From a virus, in the IMG/VR virus record IMGVR_UViG_3300021426_000040: 37,706 bases of DNA; one strand, written 5' to 3'. Both the position numbers and the translations under genes were made by a program. The notes below the pieces were generated by a model. The model made no database searches and was not told the DNA's origin. It saw nothing but the letters and a program-made list of their open reading frames with translations. Shown here in pieces: positions 5,070 through 14,026 of this stretch. Each line of letters starts with the position of its first letter. Position 1 is the first letter of the stretch.

Positions 5070-5276
5070 ATGTACGAAGATATGCAGATGATATGCGACA
5101 AGCTACTGATTGCTCTCAGATACACGTCTCATCTCTATGACCTGCTTCGACTCACATATGATGACGAGAAGGAAATCGTCACTGCAATGTTCGACAACGG
5201 TCATGAGAAGCGTGTTAACGTCCACATTGACAGCGGCTATGCGATGATCCAGGACATCATTGATGCGCTGAGATAG
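5070..5276 (+). CDS. Hypothetical protein (68 aa)
   Basis: SD GGAAGGAGG lies 9 nt before the ATG at 5070. The track start at 5013 lacks an SD. Confidence 0.6.
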   Translation: MYEDMQMICDKLLIALRYTSHLYDLLRLTYDDEKEIVTAMFDNGHEKRVNVHIDSGYAMIQDIIDALR

Positions 5277-5289
5277 GAGGCGGCTACTA

Positions 5290-5436
5290 ATGAAACTACA
5301 GAACCCGACGCTAGTGAACAAGGAACTATATGAAAGAGTAGAAGAGATAAGAGTCCAGAAGACTCTCATAAAGATATTCATAACAATTGCGATAGCTTCA
5401 GTAGTGTTCACTGCAATGACGGTTATCGCTAGCTAA
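5290..5436 (+). CDS. 48-aa tail-anchored membrane peptide, below the track threshold
   Basis: SD AGGAGG 10 nt upstream. Sequence: MKLQNPTLVNKELYERVEEIRVQKTLIKIFITIAIASVVFTAMTVIAS. Confidence 0.45.
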   Translation: MKLQNPTLVNKELYERVEEIRVQKTLIKIFITIAIASVVFTAMTVIAS

Positions 5437-5679
5437 AACTGAATAATAACCGGTGGAGCTATGGGGCAGCCACGAGGAGGATAGGCTCGTTTCATTGTCA
5501 AAAAATCATCTGACTTAATTCTCCTTTTATCGATTGATAAATATTATTTTTCATAGTTATCCAGCACCTCCTGATATCACGTAACTTTTTATAGCTGGAT
5601 ATAAATAAAATCCCATTAAACGTAAAAAAGAGCTGTGCACAATCCTTCTCGGATTGCGCCACGGCTCCATCGGAAGCAC

Positions 5680-5711
5680 AAAAAAAGCCGCCTCATAAAA
5701 AATGAGGAGGC
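5680..5711 (-). terminator. Hairpin with a U-run on the minus strand; its plus-strand right arm contains an AGGAGG SD
   Basis: GCCGCCTCAT-aaaaa-ATGAGGAGGC (one mismatch). Seven A residues precede it on the plus strand, which read as a U-run on the minus strand. Confidence 0.4.
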
Positions 5712-5786
5712 AAAACATGAACACATACATTATAACACAACGGAGGAAAAACATGAACAAAATGAACAACAAAAAGGAAAAAGACA

Positions 5787-6092
5787 ATGTTCAGCGTAGA
5801 GAATTGTGATGATGGCTTGGGGCTGAACATCAAGGCGCAGGGAAATCAGGCAGCTGTCGAAATGATGGTTGCAATTGGGCTTGCCCAATATTTTGGTCAA
5901 GATGATCCCTTGCTCAGCATTGATGACTTCATCACTGTTCTCAAAAAGGCCTGCGAGGACAGCGAGTTCCTTGATCTGATGGTCCAGGCATTAAGCCTGT
6001 ATGCTGATAACAAGGTTGATGGGCTCAAGGCATTTGCAATGCTTATGGCAGTGGCGAACGTCAAAAGACTGACAGGTGGAAAGACGAATTAG
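5787..6092 (+). CDS. Hypothetical protein (101 aa)
   Basis: The ORF has coding-like composition but only a weak SD. Its start is overlapped by a 30-codon out-of-frame ORF (5717-5809) that has strong SDs. Confidence 0.6.
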   Translation: MFSVENCDDGLGLNIKAQGNQAAVEMMVAIGLAQYFGQDDPLLSIDDFITVLKKACEDSEFLDLMVQALSLYADNKVDGLKAFAMLMAVANVKRLTGGKTN

Positions 6093-6104
6093 GAGGAATT
6101 TTAA

Positions 6105-7430
6105 ATGGATAAGATTAAAATCAATTCTCTTGAATTAGAAAACGTCAAGAGAATTAAGGCAGTACAGATTGAACCATCTGAAAATGGCTTAACAATCATC
6201 GGTGGCAATAATAATAATGGAAAGACTTCTGTATTGGATGCCATCACTTGGTGTCTTGGTGGCAACAAATACAAGCCATCAAAGCCAACTAGAGAAGGAA
6301 GTTATGTTCCAGCATCACTAAAAGTGACTCTTTCAAATGGTATTGTGGTTGAAAGAAAAGGAAAGAATTCAGCCTTAAAGGTCACTGATCCAACGGGAAT
6401 GAAGGCAGGTCAAAGCCTATTAGATTCATTTATTAGTGAGTTGGCTTTGAACCTTCCAAAGTTTATGAACAGTTCAGAAAAAGAAAAAGCTGACACATTA
6501 CTTCATATTATCGGAATTGGTGACGAGTTAACTAAATTGGATTTAAAAGAAAAGGCAGTTTACAATGACCGCCTAGCAATCGGAAGAATTGCTGATCAGA
6601 AATTCAAACATGCTAAAGAGATGGTCCATTATGATAATGTGCCAGACAAAATTGTTTCAGCTTCCGAATTAATCGCTAAGCAGCAAGAAATGCTAGCAAT
6701 CAATGGAAGCAATGAAAGAAAAAGAGCGTATCTCGCTGAATGTAAATCTAAGTCAAAAGCCATTGAAGAAAAGATGGAAGACTTAGACAGACAGTTAAAA
6801 GCACTTAATGAAGAGTACTTGAAAGTTATCAAGGAAATAGACAAGGCAACTGTTGAAGTATCTAGTCTAGTAGATAATCCTACAGATGAAATTGAAAGAA
6901 GCATCAAGGAGATTGATGATACAAACACTAAGGTTCGTACGAACCTTGAAAAGAAAAAAGCAGAGCAAGAAGCCAATGACCTCAAAAAGGAATATGCTTC
7001 TAAGTCGCAGGAATTAGAATATATCAGAAAAGAAAAGGCTAGTTTATTAAATAATGCTGATCTTCCTCTTGAAGGTCTAGGAATTGAAGATGGAAAAATC
7101 ACTTATCTTGGTCAAGAATGGGATAACATGAGCGGAAGCCAACAGTTAAAAGTGGCAACTGCTATTTGTAGAAAAATCAATCCTAATTGTGGGTTCATTC
7201 TGTTAGATAAATTGGAACAGATGGATATGAACACTCTTACAGAGTTTGGCACTTGGCTAAAATCTGAAGGATTACAGGCTATCGCTACAAGAGTAAGCAC
7301 AGGCGACGAGTGTTCAATCATTATTGAAGACGGCTACGTTGCCAAAAATAATTTAGAAAAAGAAAAGAAAGAAGAAGTAAAAGAAGAACCAAAAGTGAGT
7401 GCTAATTCTTGGGAAGGAGTGAAATGGTAA
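6105..7430 (+). CDS. SMC/RecF/SbcC-like ABC-type ATPase with a central coiled coil
   Basis: Walker A GGNNNNGKTS, a long charged coiled coil, signature SGSQQLKVA, and Walker B FILLDKLEQMD. Confidence 0.75.
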   Translation: MDKIKINSLELENVKRIKAVQIEPSENGLTIIGGNNNNGKTSVLDAITWCLGGNKYKPSKPTREGSYVPASLKVTLSNGIVVERKGKNSALKVTDPTGMKAGQSLLDSFISELALNLPKFMNSSEKEKADTLLHIIGIGDELTKLDLKEKAVYNDRLAIGRIADQKFKHAKEMVHYDNVPDKIVSASELIAKQQEMLAINGSNERKRAYLAECKSKSKAIEEKMEDLDRQLKALNEEYLKVIKEIDKATVEVSSLVDNPTDEIERSIKEIDDTNTKVRTNLEKKKAEQEANDLKKEYASKSQELEYIRKEKASLLNNADLPLEGLGIEDGKITYLGQEWDNMSGSQQLKVATAICRKINPNCGFILLDKLEQMDMNTLTEFGTWLKSEGLQAIATRVSTGDECSIIIEDGYVAKNNLEKEKKEEVKEEPKVSANSWEGVKW

Positions 7431-8527
7431 TGAATTTTGAAATTACATCAGGCATAAATGATAAGCCTTTAAAAGTAGTAGTTTATGGTCCTGAAGGCAT
7501 CGGAAAGAGTACCTTTGCAGCACAGTTTCCAGAGCCACTATTTATTGATACTGAAGGATCTACAGACTTTATGAATGTGAGAAGACTTCCAAAGCCTACA
7601 TCTTACGAAATGTTAAAAGAAGAAGTTATGTATGCAGCTAAAAATAAATTATGTAAAACATTGGTTATTGATTCTATTGACTGGGGAGAAAGATTAATTA
7701 TTGATCACATCTGTCAAAAGGCCGGTCTAAAAGGAATCGAAGACTTTGGCTATGGAAACGGGTATGTATACCTCGAAGAAGAGGAAGGAAGATTTTTAAA
7801 TTTACTCGAAGAAGCTAGAAGTATTGGAAATATGGCTATTGTTTTAACTGCGCATAGTCAGATTAGAAAATTTGAAGAGCCAAATCAGACAGGAAAATAT
7901 GATAGATATGAGTTAAAACTTGGCAAGAAAACAGGAGGCAAATCATCTGGATTAATCAGAGAATGGGCTGACATGGTTCTATTTGTCAACTATCAGACAT
8001 TTGTGTCTGAAGTTGATAACAACGGTAAAGGTAAAGCAGTTGGTGGTAAAAGAATGATGTATACCACACATAAACCATGTTGGGATGCAAAGAACCGTCA
8101 TGGATTGCCTGAAGAATGCGAATTCAATTATGAAGTCATTAGACCTTTTGTTGAAAAAAGTCTGACAGGAAATCAGTTTGAACAAGTTCATAGCGTGCAG
8201 CCTATGAGCGCTCCTGCTATGGATGAAAAACTACAAACACAAGTGAATGTACCTGTTGAACCAAAAGGACCACAGATTGAAGAAAATAAGCCTGTTAGTG
8301 CTATTGATTTTAATTCTGAAGAATATCTGAAGATTCCTAATAAAGTAAGAGACTTGATGAAATGTGACAATATTTCGATTGAGAAATTGAAGGAAGTCAT
8401 CTTCTTAAAGGGATTCTTTCCAAAAGATACTCCAATCGAAAATATGCCTAATGACTTCTGGGAATTCATCGCTAGCAATTGGAGCAACTTAAAAGACTTT
8501 ATCACAGAAACAGAAATGCAATTTTAA
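7430..8527 (+). CDS. Sak4-like AAA_24 (RecA-fold) ATPase with a C-terminal extension
   Basis: LKVVVYGPEGIGKSTFAAQFPEPLFIDTEGS. The ATG at 7430 overlaps the upstream TAA. An alternative ATG at 7424 lies only 4 nt after the SD. Confidence 0.7.
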   Translation: MNFEITSGINDKPLKVVVYGPEGIGKSTFAAQFPEPLFIDTEGSTDFMNVRRLPKPTSYEMLKEEVMYAAKNKLCKTLVIDSIDWGERLIIDHICQKAGLKGIEDFGYGNGYVYLEEEEGRFLNLLEEARSIGNMAIVLTAHSQIRKFEEPNQTGKYDRYELKLGKKTGGKSSGLIREWADMVLFVNYQTFVSEVDNNGKGKAVGGKRMMYTTHKPCWDAKNRHGLPEECEFNYEVIRPFVEKSLTGNQFEQVHSVQPMSAPAMDEKLQTQVNVPVEPKGPQIEENKPVSAIDFNSEEYLKIPNKVRDLMKCDNISIEKLKEVIFLKGFFPKDTPIENMPNDFWEFIASNWSNLKDFITETEMQF

Positions 8528-8530
8528 AAA

Positions 8531-8558
8531 AAGGAGATTAAGAAAAGGAGATTAAGAA
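8531..8558. repeat. Perfect tandem duplication of the 14-mer AAGGAGATTAAGAA, which duplicates the ribosome-binding site
   Basis: 8531-8544 is identical to 8545-8558. The ATG follows immediately at 8559. Confidence 0.9.
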
Positions 8559-9074
8559 ATGGATAACAATTTTAATAACTATAACCAAAATAACTACAAT
8601 CAGAACGGATTTAACCAAGCACCTCAAAATGATGGGGCCATGGGCTGGGATGATGAAATCACAGCCGAAGCCAAAGAATACACATTATTGCCAGTTGGAA
8701 CTTATCAATTCATCATTAAAGATAATTTTGTTAGATCTAAAACTTCAGGCAAAGGAAAACTTCCTGTATGCAATAAGGCTGACATCACTCTAACAATCAA
8801 TTATGAAGGAAAAGAAGTAAAAGTGACTACTTCTTTAGTCCTTCATAAATCACTTGAGTGGAAGATTTCTCAATTCTTCGAGTGCATTGGAATGAAACAG
8901 AAAGGAGTTCCGTTCCGTCCAGATTGGAATGGAATTGTTGGGAAGACAGGAACAGTTAAAATCTCTCATAGAGAATATAACGATTCAACTTTTAATGATG
9001 TAAAAGAATTCGTGATCAGTGATACTCCAGCACCAACTCAGCCACATGCTTGGGGAAATAATAGTTGGAAATAA
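8559..9074 (+). CDS. DUF669-like phage protein (SSB-like partner of Sak4 modules) with an N/Q-rich N-terminus
   Basis: Positioned after AAA_24. Contains MGWDDEITAEAKEYTLLPVGTYQFIIKD. Low-complexity start: MDNNFNNYNQNNYNQNGFNQ. Confidence 0.55.
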   Translation: MDNNFNNYNQNNYNQNGFNQAPQNDGAMGWDDEITAEAKEYTLLPVGTYQFIIKDNFVRSKTSGKGKLPVCNKADITLTINYEGKEVKVTTSLVLHKSLEWKISQFFECIGMKQKGVPFRPDWNGIVGKTGTVKISHREYNDSTFNDVKEFVISDTPAPTQPHAWGNNSWK

Positions 9075-10675
9075 TGCAGTTAAGAGATTATCAACAAAAA
9101 GCTCATGATGCCATATTCACAGAGTGGGAAGAGAAGGGAACTCAAAGAACCCTTCTCGTTCTTCCTACTGGCTGTGGGAAAACAATAGTGTTCGCAAAAG
9201 TGGCTGAGGACTGTGTTAAAAAAGGAGATAAAGTTCTTATTTTGGCACATAGAGGAGAATTACTAGAACAGGCATCTGACAAAATAAAAAAAGTTACAGG
9301 ACTTGGATGCGCAGTTGAAAAGGCTGAACAGACTTGTATTGGCAAATGGTTTCGAATTGTCACAGGCAGTGTTCAGACATTGCAGAGTGATAAAAGATTG
9401 TCTAAATTTTCAAGAGAATATTTTGACACAATTATTATTGATGAAGCCCATCACGTTTTAAGTAATGGGTATCAGAAAGTGTTGGAATATTTCAACAGTG
9501 CAAAAGTACTTGGGGTAACTGCCACTCCAGATAGAGGAGACATGAGGAACTTAGGTTCTTACTTTCAGACTTTGGCGTATGAGTATACTTTACCAGAAGC
9601 GATTAAAAGCGGGTATCTAGTGCCAATCAAAGCATTGACTATACCGCTGACTTTGGATTTATCAAGCGTTTCAATGAACGCTGGAGACTTCAAAGCGAGT
9701 GATATTGGTAGCGCACTAGATCCGTATCTTGAAGGTATTGCCAGCGAAATGGAAAAGTACTGCAAGAATAGAAAAACAGTTGTTTTTCTTCCGCTGATTT
9801 CAACATCTCAGAAGTTTGTTGAAATTTTAAATAAACATGGTTTCAAAGCCACTGAAGTTAATGGCAATTCCAAAGACAGAAACGAGATTACAAAAGACTT
9901 TGCAGAAAATAAATACAATGTCCTTTGCAACTCGATGTTATTAACAGAAGGGTGGGATTGCCCCGATGTTGATTGTGTCATTGTACTAAGACCAACAAAA
10001 GTAAGAAGTCTTTATTCTCAGATGGTTGGAAGAGGTACAAGACTTTCACCTCAGACAGGAAAGAAAGATTTACTTTTATTGGATTTCCTCTGGCACAGTG
10101 AAAGACATGAATTATGTCATCCGGCATCACTTATCTGTAATAGTGATGAAGTCGCTAGAAAAATGACTAAGAATCTAGAAGACAGCGCAGGAGTGGAAAT
10201 GGATATCCAAGAAGCTGAGGAAGAAGCTTTGAAAGATGTCCAAGAAGAACGTGAAGAAGCACTTGCTAAGAAGCTAGAAGAAATGAGAAAACGCAAGAAG
10301 AAGCTAGTGGACCCTTTGCAGTACGCAATGAGCATTCAAGCTGAAGAATTGCAGAATTACATTCCTTCTTTTGGCTGGGAATGCGCTCCAGCCAATGAAA
10401 AGCAATTGAAGTATTTAGAAGCACATGGGATTGAATCTAATGAAGTTCCTAATGCTGGATATGCTTCAACGCTGATTGACAGATTGAAGTTAAGAAGTAA
10501 AGAAGGACTAGCTACTCCAAAGCAAGTAAGATTCCTTGAAAGAAAAGGATTTAGAAATGTCGGTACTTGGAAATTCGAAGATGCTAATTCTATGATTTCT
10601 AGAATTTCTGCAAATAGCTGGAGAATCCCAAAAGGAGTACAAGTTTCTACTTATAAGCCAGAAGGAGTTGAATAA
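9074..10675 (+). CDS. SF2 DEAD/DEAH-box helicase
   Basis: Motifs LLVLPTGCGKT, IIIDEAHH, TATP, LLTEGWDCPDVDCVIVLRPT and QMVGRGTRL. TAATG overlap with the upstream stop. Confidence 0.85.
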   Translation: MQLRDYQQKAHDAIFTEWEEKGTQRTLLVLPTGCGKTIVFAKVAEDCVKKGDKVLILAHRGELLEQASDKIKKVTGLGCAVEKAEQTCIGKWFRIVTGSVQTLQSDKRLSKFSREYFDTIIIDEAHHVLSNGYQKVLEYFNSAKVLGVTATPDRGDMRNLGSYFQTLAYEYTLPEAIKSGYLVPIKALTIPLTLDLSSVSMNAGDFKASDIGSALDPYLEGIASEMEKYCKNRKTVVFLPLISTSQKFVEILNKHGFKATEVNGNSKDRNEITKDFAENKYNVLCNSMLLTEGWDCPDVDCVIVLRPTKVRSLYSQMVGRGTRLSPQTGKKDLLLLDFLWHSERHELCHPASLICNSDEVARKMTKNLEDSAGVEMDIQEAEEEALKDVQEEREEALAKKLEEMRKRKKKLVDPLQYAMSIQAEELQNYIPSFGWECAPANEKQLKYLEAHGIESNEVPNAGYASTLIDRLKLRSKEGLATPKQVRFLERKGFRNVGTWKFEDANSMISRISANSWRIPKGVQVSTYKPEGVE

Positions 10676-10677
10676 GA

Positions 10678-12924
10678 ATGAAACAATACAATCTATTAGA
10701 GCTGCTTGACTATATCAACCCTTCTGAACTTTCATATCAGGAATGGACTAATGTTGGAATGGCCCTCAAGCACGAAGGATATGAAGCAAGTGACTGGGAT
10801 TCTTGGAGTGCTCAGGACTCAGAAAGATACAAAAGAGGAGAGTGCTTCACAAAATGGAATTCCTTCAACAAAACGGCAGGTGATATTGTCACAGGCGGAA
10901 CAATCTTCGATTATGCTAAAAGAGGTGGTTTCGTTCCTCCAAAAAAAATAGATCCTAATGAGGGCGTTCTTGATTGGGAAGATGAAATTGGCAATATCAT
11001 AGACAAGGACTCTATAGATAGTATTGAACTTCATGAGCCTAGTGATTCAAGTTGGAATCCAGCCAACGAGTTAATCAGGTACTTAACTACTCTATTCGAT
11101 ACAGACGAGTATGTTGGCTTTGTTGTTTCCTCGATAGAAAACGAAAAAGGGAAGTTCATTCCTGGTAACCGTGGAAACTTTAGAATGACAGCAGGGCAGA
11201 TTGTTGAAGGGCTTCACTCCTGTAATGGTGATATTGGAGCAGTAATTGGAGACTACAATCAAGCTGCAGGAGCATGGATTAGATTCAATCCTCTAAATGG
11301 CGAGGGTGTTAGAAATACTGACATAGCATCATTCAAATACGCTCTCGTAGAATCTGACAGTCTAGACATAGGCAAGCAGTTGTCTATTATCCATCAGTTA
11401 GAATTGCCTGTTGCAGCAGTTGTTTATAGCGGTGCTAAATCAATACACGCTATTGTCAAGGTTGATGCTTCAGATAATAAAGAATATAGAGAAAGAGTAA
11501 GTTATCTGTATAAGATATGCGATAAGAATGGTTTAGAAGTTGACAGTCAGAATAAGAATCCATCAAGACTTTCACGAATGCCTGGATGCATTCGTGGTGA
11601 TCATAAGCAGTTCATCATCGAAACCAACACAGGGAAAGAAACGTGGTCGGACTGGGTCGAATGGGTTGAGTCAATGAATGACGATTTACCTGATGAAGAA
11701 AATCTGGCTGATGTATTATTCAATCTTCCTGATTACGCTGAAGAATTAATTGAGGGAATCTTAAGACAAGGTCATAAGATGCTATTGGTCGGTCCTTCAA
11801 AAAGTGGTAAGTCATTCTCATTAATTGAGTTATGTATCGCAATTGCAGAAGGTACTAAATGGATGGGAAGGCAATGCAAACAAGGTGATGTGCTATATGT
11901 CAATTTTGAATTGGATAGAGCCTCATGTCTTCACAGATTTAAAGATGTCTATCAGACTTTAGGATTGACCCCCAAGAATGCAAATAGAATTTTTATCTGG
12001 AACCTGAGAGGGAAGACCCCTGCTCTTGATCAATTAGTACCAAAACTAATCAGACGAGCAGAAAAGAAAAAGTATATCGCTGTAGTAGTGGACCCCATTT
12101 ATAAAGTGATTACAGGTGATGAAAACAGTGCGAGTGAAATGGCTAAGTTCTGTAATCAATTTGATAAGATAGCAGATGCGCTTGGTGCATCTGTCATATA
12201 TGCACATCACCACTCTAAGGGTGCTCAAGGTGGCAAGAAGTCAATGGACCGTGCAAGTGGCTCAGGAGTTTTTGCAAGAGACCCTGACGCGCTGCTAGAT
12301 ATGATTGAATTGGATATGAATAAAGAAGTCAAGGAACACTTTATCAATGAAGCAAGAGTTGAAGCAATGCATGCTGTACTTGATAAGTATGTGCCTAAGT
12401 GGAAGACTTACATCTATCAGACTAAGAAAACAGATGATCATGATTTTGAAGCAATGAATGACTACTGTGCTGAAATGCTTGGATTTGAACAGATGAACGA
12501 ATTACAGTATCTGACTGAATTAAAAGTTGATGAAGCTAAACATATCACTGCCCTTCAGATATCAGGAACTCTTAGAGAGTTCGCTACATTTGACCCCATC
12601 AACTGCTTCTTTAAATATCCTATTCACTTCTTGGATAATGCTAATTTATTAAAAGGATGTCGTCCTGAAGGTTCAAAGAAAAAGTCTAAGTTTGAAAAAA
12701 TGAACGAAACTAATAAGAAGAAGCAGGATGAAAATATTGAATTATTCTTAAATGCTTTCGAACAGTTAAATCATGATGGTCAGGTCACTGTAAAAGAACT
12801 TGCTGAAAGTGGTTTGATGTTGGGGAAGACGTATCACGCTTTAGCAAGGACAATTCCTAGATGGATAGAGCAAGAAAAATTAGAAGGCTTCAAATACGAA
12901 AAAGCAATCATCACAAAGTTGTAG
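10678..12924 (+). CDS. Replication protein combining a PriCT-2-like N-terminus, an AEP-type primase core and an AAA_25 (RepA/DnaB-like) ATPase
   Basis: YQEWTNVGMALKHEGYEASDWDSWSAQDSERYKRGECFTKWNSF; LVESDS and SGAKSIHAIV (AEP motifs); LLVGPSKSGKSFSLIELCIAIAEG (Walker A); VVVDPIYK (Walker B). Confidence 0.75.
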   Translation: MKQYNLLELLDYINPSELSYQEWTNVGMALKHEGYEASDWDSWSAQDSERYKRGECFTKWNSFNKTAGDIVTGGTIFDYAKRGGFVPPKKIDPNEGVLDWEDEIGNIIDKDSIDSIELHEPSDSSWNPANELIRYLTTLFDTDEYVGFVVSSIENEKGKFIPGNRGNFRMTAGQIVEGLHSCNGDIGAVIGDYNQAAGAWIRFNPLNGEGVRNTDIASFKYALVESDSLDIGKQLSIIHQLELPVAAVVYSGAKSIHAIVKVDASDNKEYRERVSYLYKICDKNGLEVDSQNKNPSRLSRMPGCIRGDHKQFIIETNTGKETWSDWVEWVESMNDDLPDEENLADVLFNLPDYAEELIEGILRQGHKMLLVGPSKSGKSFSLIELCIAIAEGTKWMGRQCKQGDVLYVNFELDRASCLHRFKDVYQTLGLTPKNANRIFIWNLRGKTPALDQLVPKLIRRAEKKKYIAVVVDPIYKVITGDENSASEMAKFCNQFDKIADALGASVIYAHHHSKGAQGGKKSMDRASGSGVFARDPDALLDMIELDMNKEVKEHFINEARVEAMHAVLDKYVPKWKTYIYQTKKTDDHDFEAMNDYCAEMLGFEQMNELQYLTELKVDEAKHITALQISGTLREFATFDPINCFFKYPIHFLDNANLLKGCRPEGSKKKSKFEKMNETNKKKQDENIELFLNAFEQLNHDGQVTVKELAESGLMLGKTYHALARTIPRWIEQEKLEGFKYEKAIITKL

Positions 12925-13006
12925 CATGTGTAAGTAGCACACATATATAAATATATATATGCTACTGCTAAAAAATAAAATACAGTTGCTATTTATGTAC
13001 ATACAT

Positions 13007-13038
13007 ACTGATAGGGAATTTAAGATTCCCCTATCAGT
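13007..13038. repeat. 13-bp stem hairpin ACTGATAGGGAAT-ttaag-ATTCCCCTATCAGT (one bulged C) in an AT-rich intergenic region
   Basis: Read directly. It follows (TA)n-rich sequence at 12940-12960. Confidence 0.8.
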
Positions 13039-13085
13039 GTATGTCACATAATAACAAAGTAACTGTAAACAAAGAGGTATAAACA

Positions 13086-13466
13086 ATGCAGTTTTTTATA
13101 AAAATGATTCCTCCGACAATTACAGCGCAGGAACATAGAATCGGAAAATATGGAGTATACAAAAGTCCTGAACAGAAACAGGCATACGTTAAATTAAGAG
13201 ATGCAATCGCACCTTATGCTCCTAGTACTCCAATTGATCACGCTTGCCAGTTAATTGTTAAGTGGTGTTTCCCTTTAAATAATAGTCACAAAATTGATGG
13301 TGAATATAAATACACAAAGCCTGATACTGATAACTTAAATAAGATGCTGAAAGATATTCTAGAAGAATTAGGCTTCTATACTAATGATTCTAGAGTGGCT
13401 TCTGAAGTAATTGAAAAATTTTGGAGCGCCGTTCCAGGAATATTCATCTCGCTAAGCGAGCTATGA
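13086..13466 (+). CDS. rusA: RusA-family Holliday junction resolvase
   Basis: KPDTDNLNKMLKDILEELGFYTNDSRV matches the RusA core. SD AAGAGGT. Confidence 0.8.
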   Translation: MQFFIKMIPPTITAQEHRIGKYGVYKSPEQKQAYVKLRDAIAPYAPSTPIDHACQLIVKWCFPLNNSHKIDGEYKYTKPDTDNLNKMLKDILEELGFYTNDSRVASEVIEKFWSAVPGIFISLSEL

Positions 13467-13636
13467 AAAAGGAAGGAAGATATCTCATCGCTGAACGCAA
13501 TGTTTATTTTGCGCGGGACATCCACTCAGTCTTTGAGATAGAATTCGAGAAAGCATACATTCTTATCGGGTACAGGTACGATGCAGTCAATGGAACATGC
13601 ATATATGTCCTGTATCCTAGAAAAACAAATATATAA
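13463..13636 (+). CDS. Hypothetical protein (57 aa)
   Basis: ATGA overlap with the rusA stop. In frame with the track ORF 13421-13636. Confidence 0.5.
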   Translation: MKKEGRYLIAERNVYFARDIHSVFEIEFEKAYILIGYRYDAVNGTCIYVLYPRKTNI

Positions 13637-13715
13637 CGAACGTTTGCGATGAACTGGTACAATTTACCGTGTTTACTAGCATATGCAAATAAAAATGAAA
13701 GGGGAAAATACAGGA

Positions 13716-13940
13716 ATGGGCATGATTGAATGCATTAATCACAAGAATAATAAAGAGAGAAGAAGAGAACTCTTATCCGAGCTGAACAATAATATTAAGG
13801 CGCTTGATGATATGCACACGAGACTTAGAAAGAACGGTGCAAGCAGTGACATACTTGTCATGCTGTCAAGAGCAAGAGAGCAGATCAGCATCGAAAGAAG
13901 AAAAATGGTTGCTGAAATGAGAAAGAGAGGACATGAATGA
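13716..13940 (+). CDS. Hypothetical basic coiled-coil protein. The start is uncertain: 13716, or the track start 13683.
   Basis: SD AAAGGGGA upstream of the ATG at 13716. Confidence 0.5.
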   Translation: MGMIECINHKNNKERRRELLSELNNNIKALDDMHTRLRKNGASSDILVMLSRAREQISIERRKMVAEMRKRGHE

Positions 13941-14011
13941 TGGAACTTGTTGTATTCATAATCGCTTTTGTATACGTCATGCTGATGATTGCAGTCATGA
14001 GCAATTTTTAG
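13937..14011 (+). CDS. 24-aa hydrophobic peptide, below the track threshold
   Basis: SD AGAGAGGA 6 nt upstream, with an ATGA overlap with the preceding stop. Sequence: MMELVVFIIAFVYVMLMIAVMSNF. Confidence 0.35.
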   Translation: MMELVVFIIAFVYVMLMIAVMSNF

Positions 14012-14026
14012 GAGTAAGAGAATGTT

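Noticed and set aside
5498-5554. 18-codon minus-strand ORF (MKNNIYQSIKGELSQMIF) behind an AGGAGGTG
   Set aside because: It is very short, not hydrophobic, has a 10-nt SD spacing and no identifiable promoter. I kept it only as a note.
5557-5787. Track ORF 5557-5787 (-), 76 aa
   Set aside because: It has a Phe/Leu-rich low-complexity translation caused by plus-strand A-runs. It crosses a terminator hairpin and has no SD.
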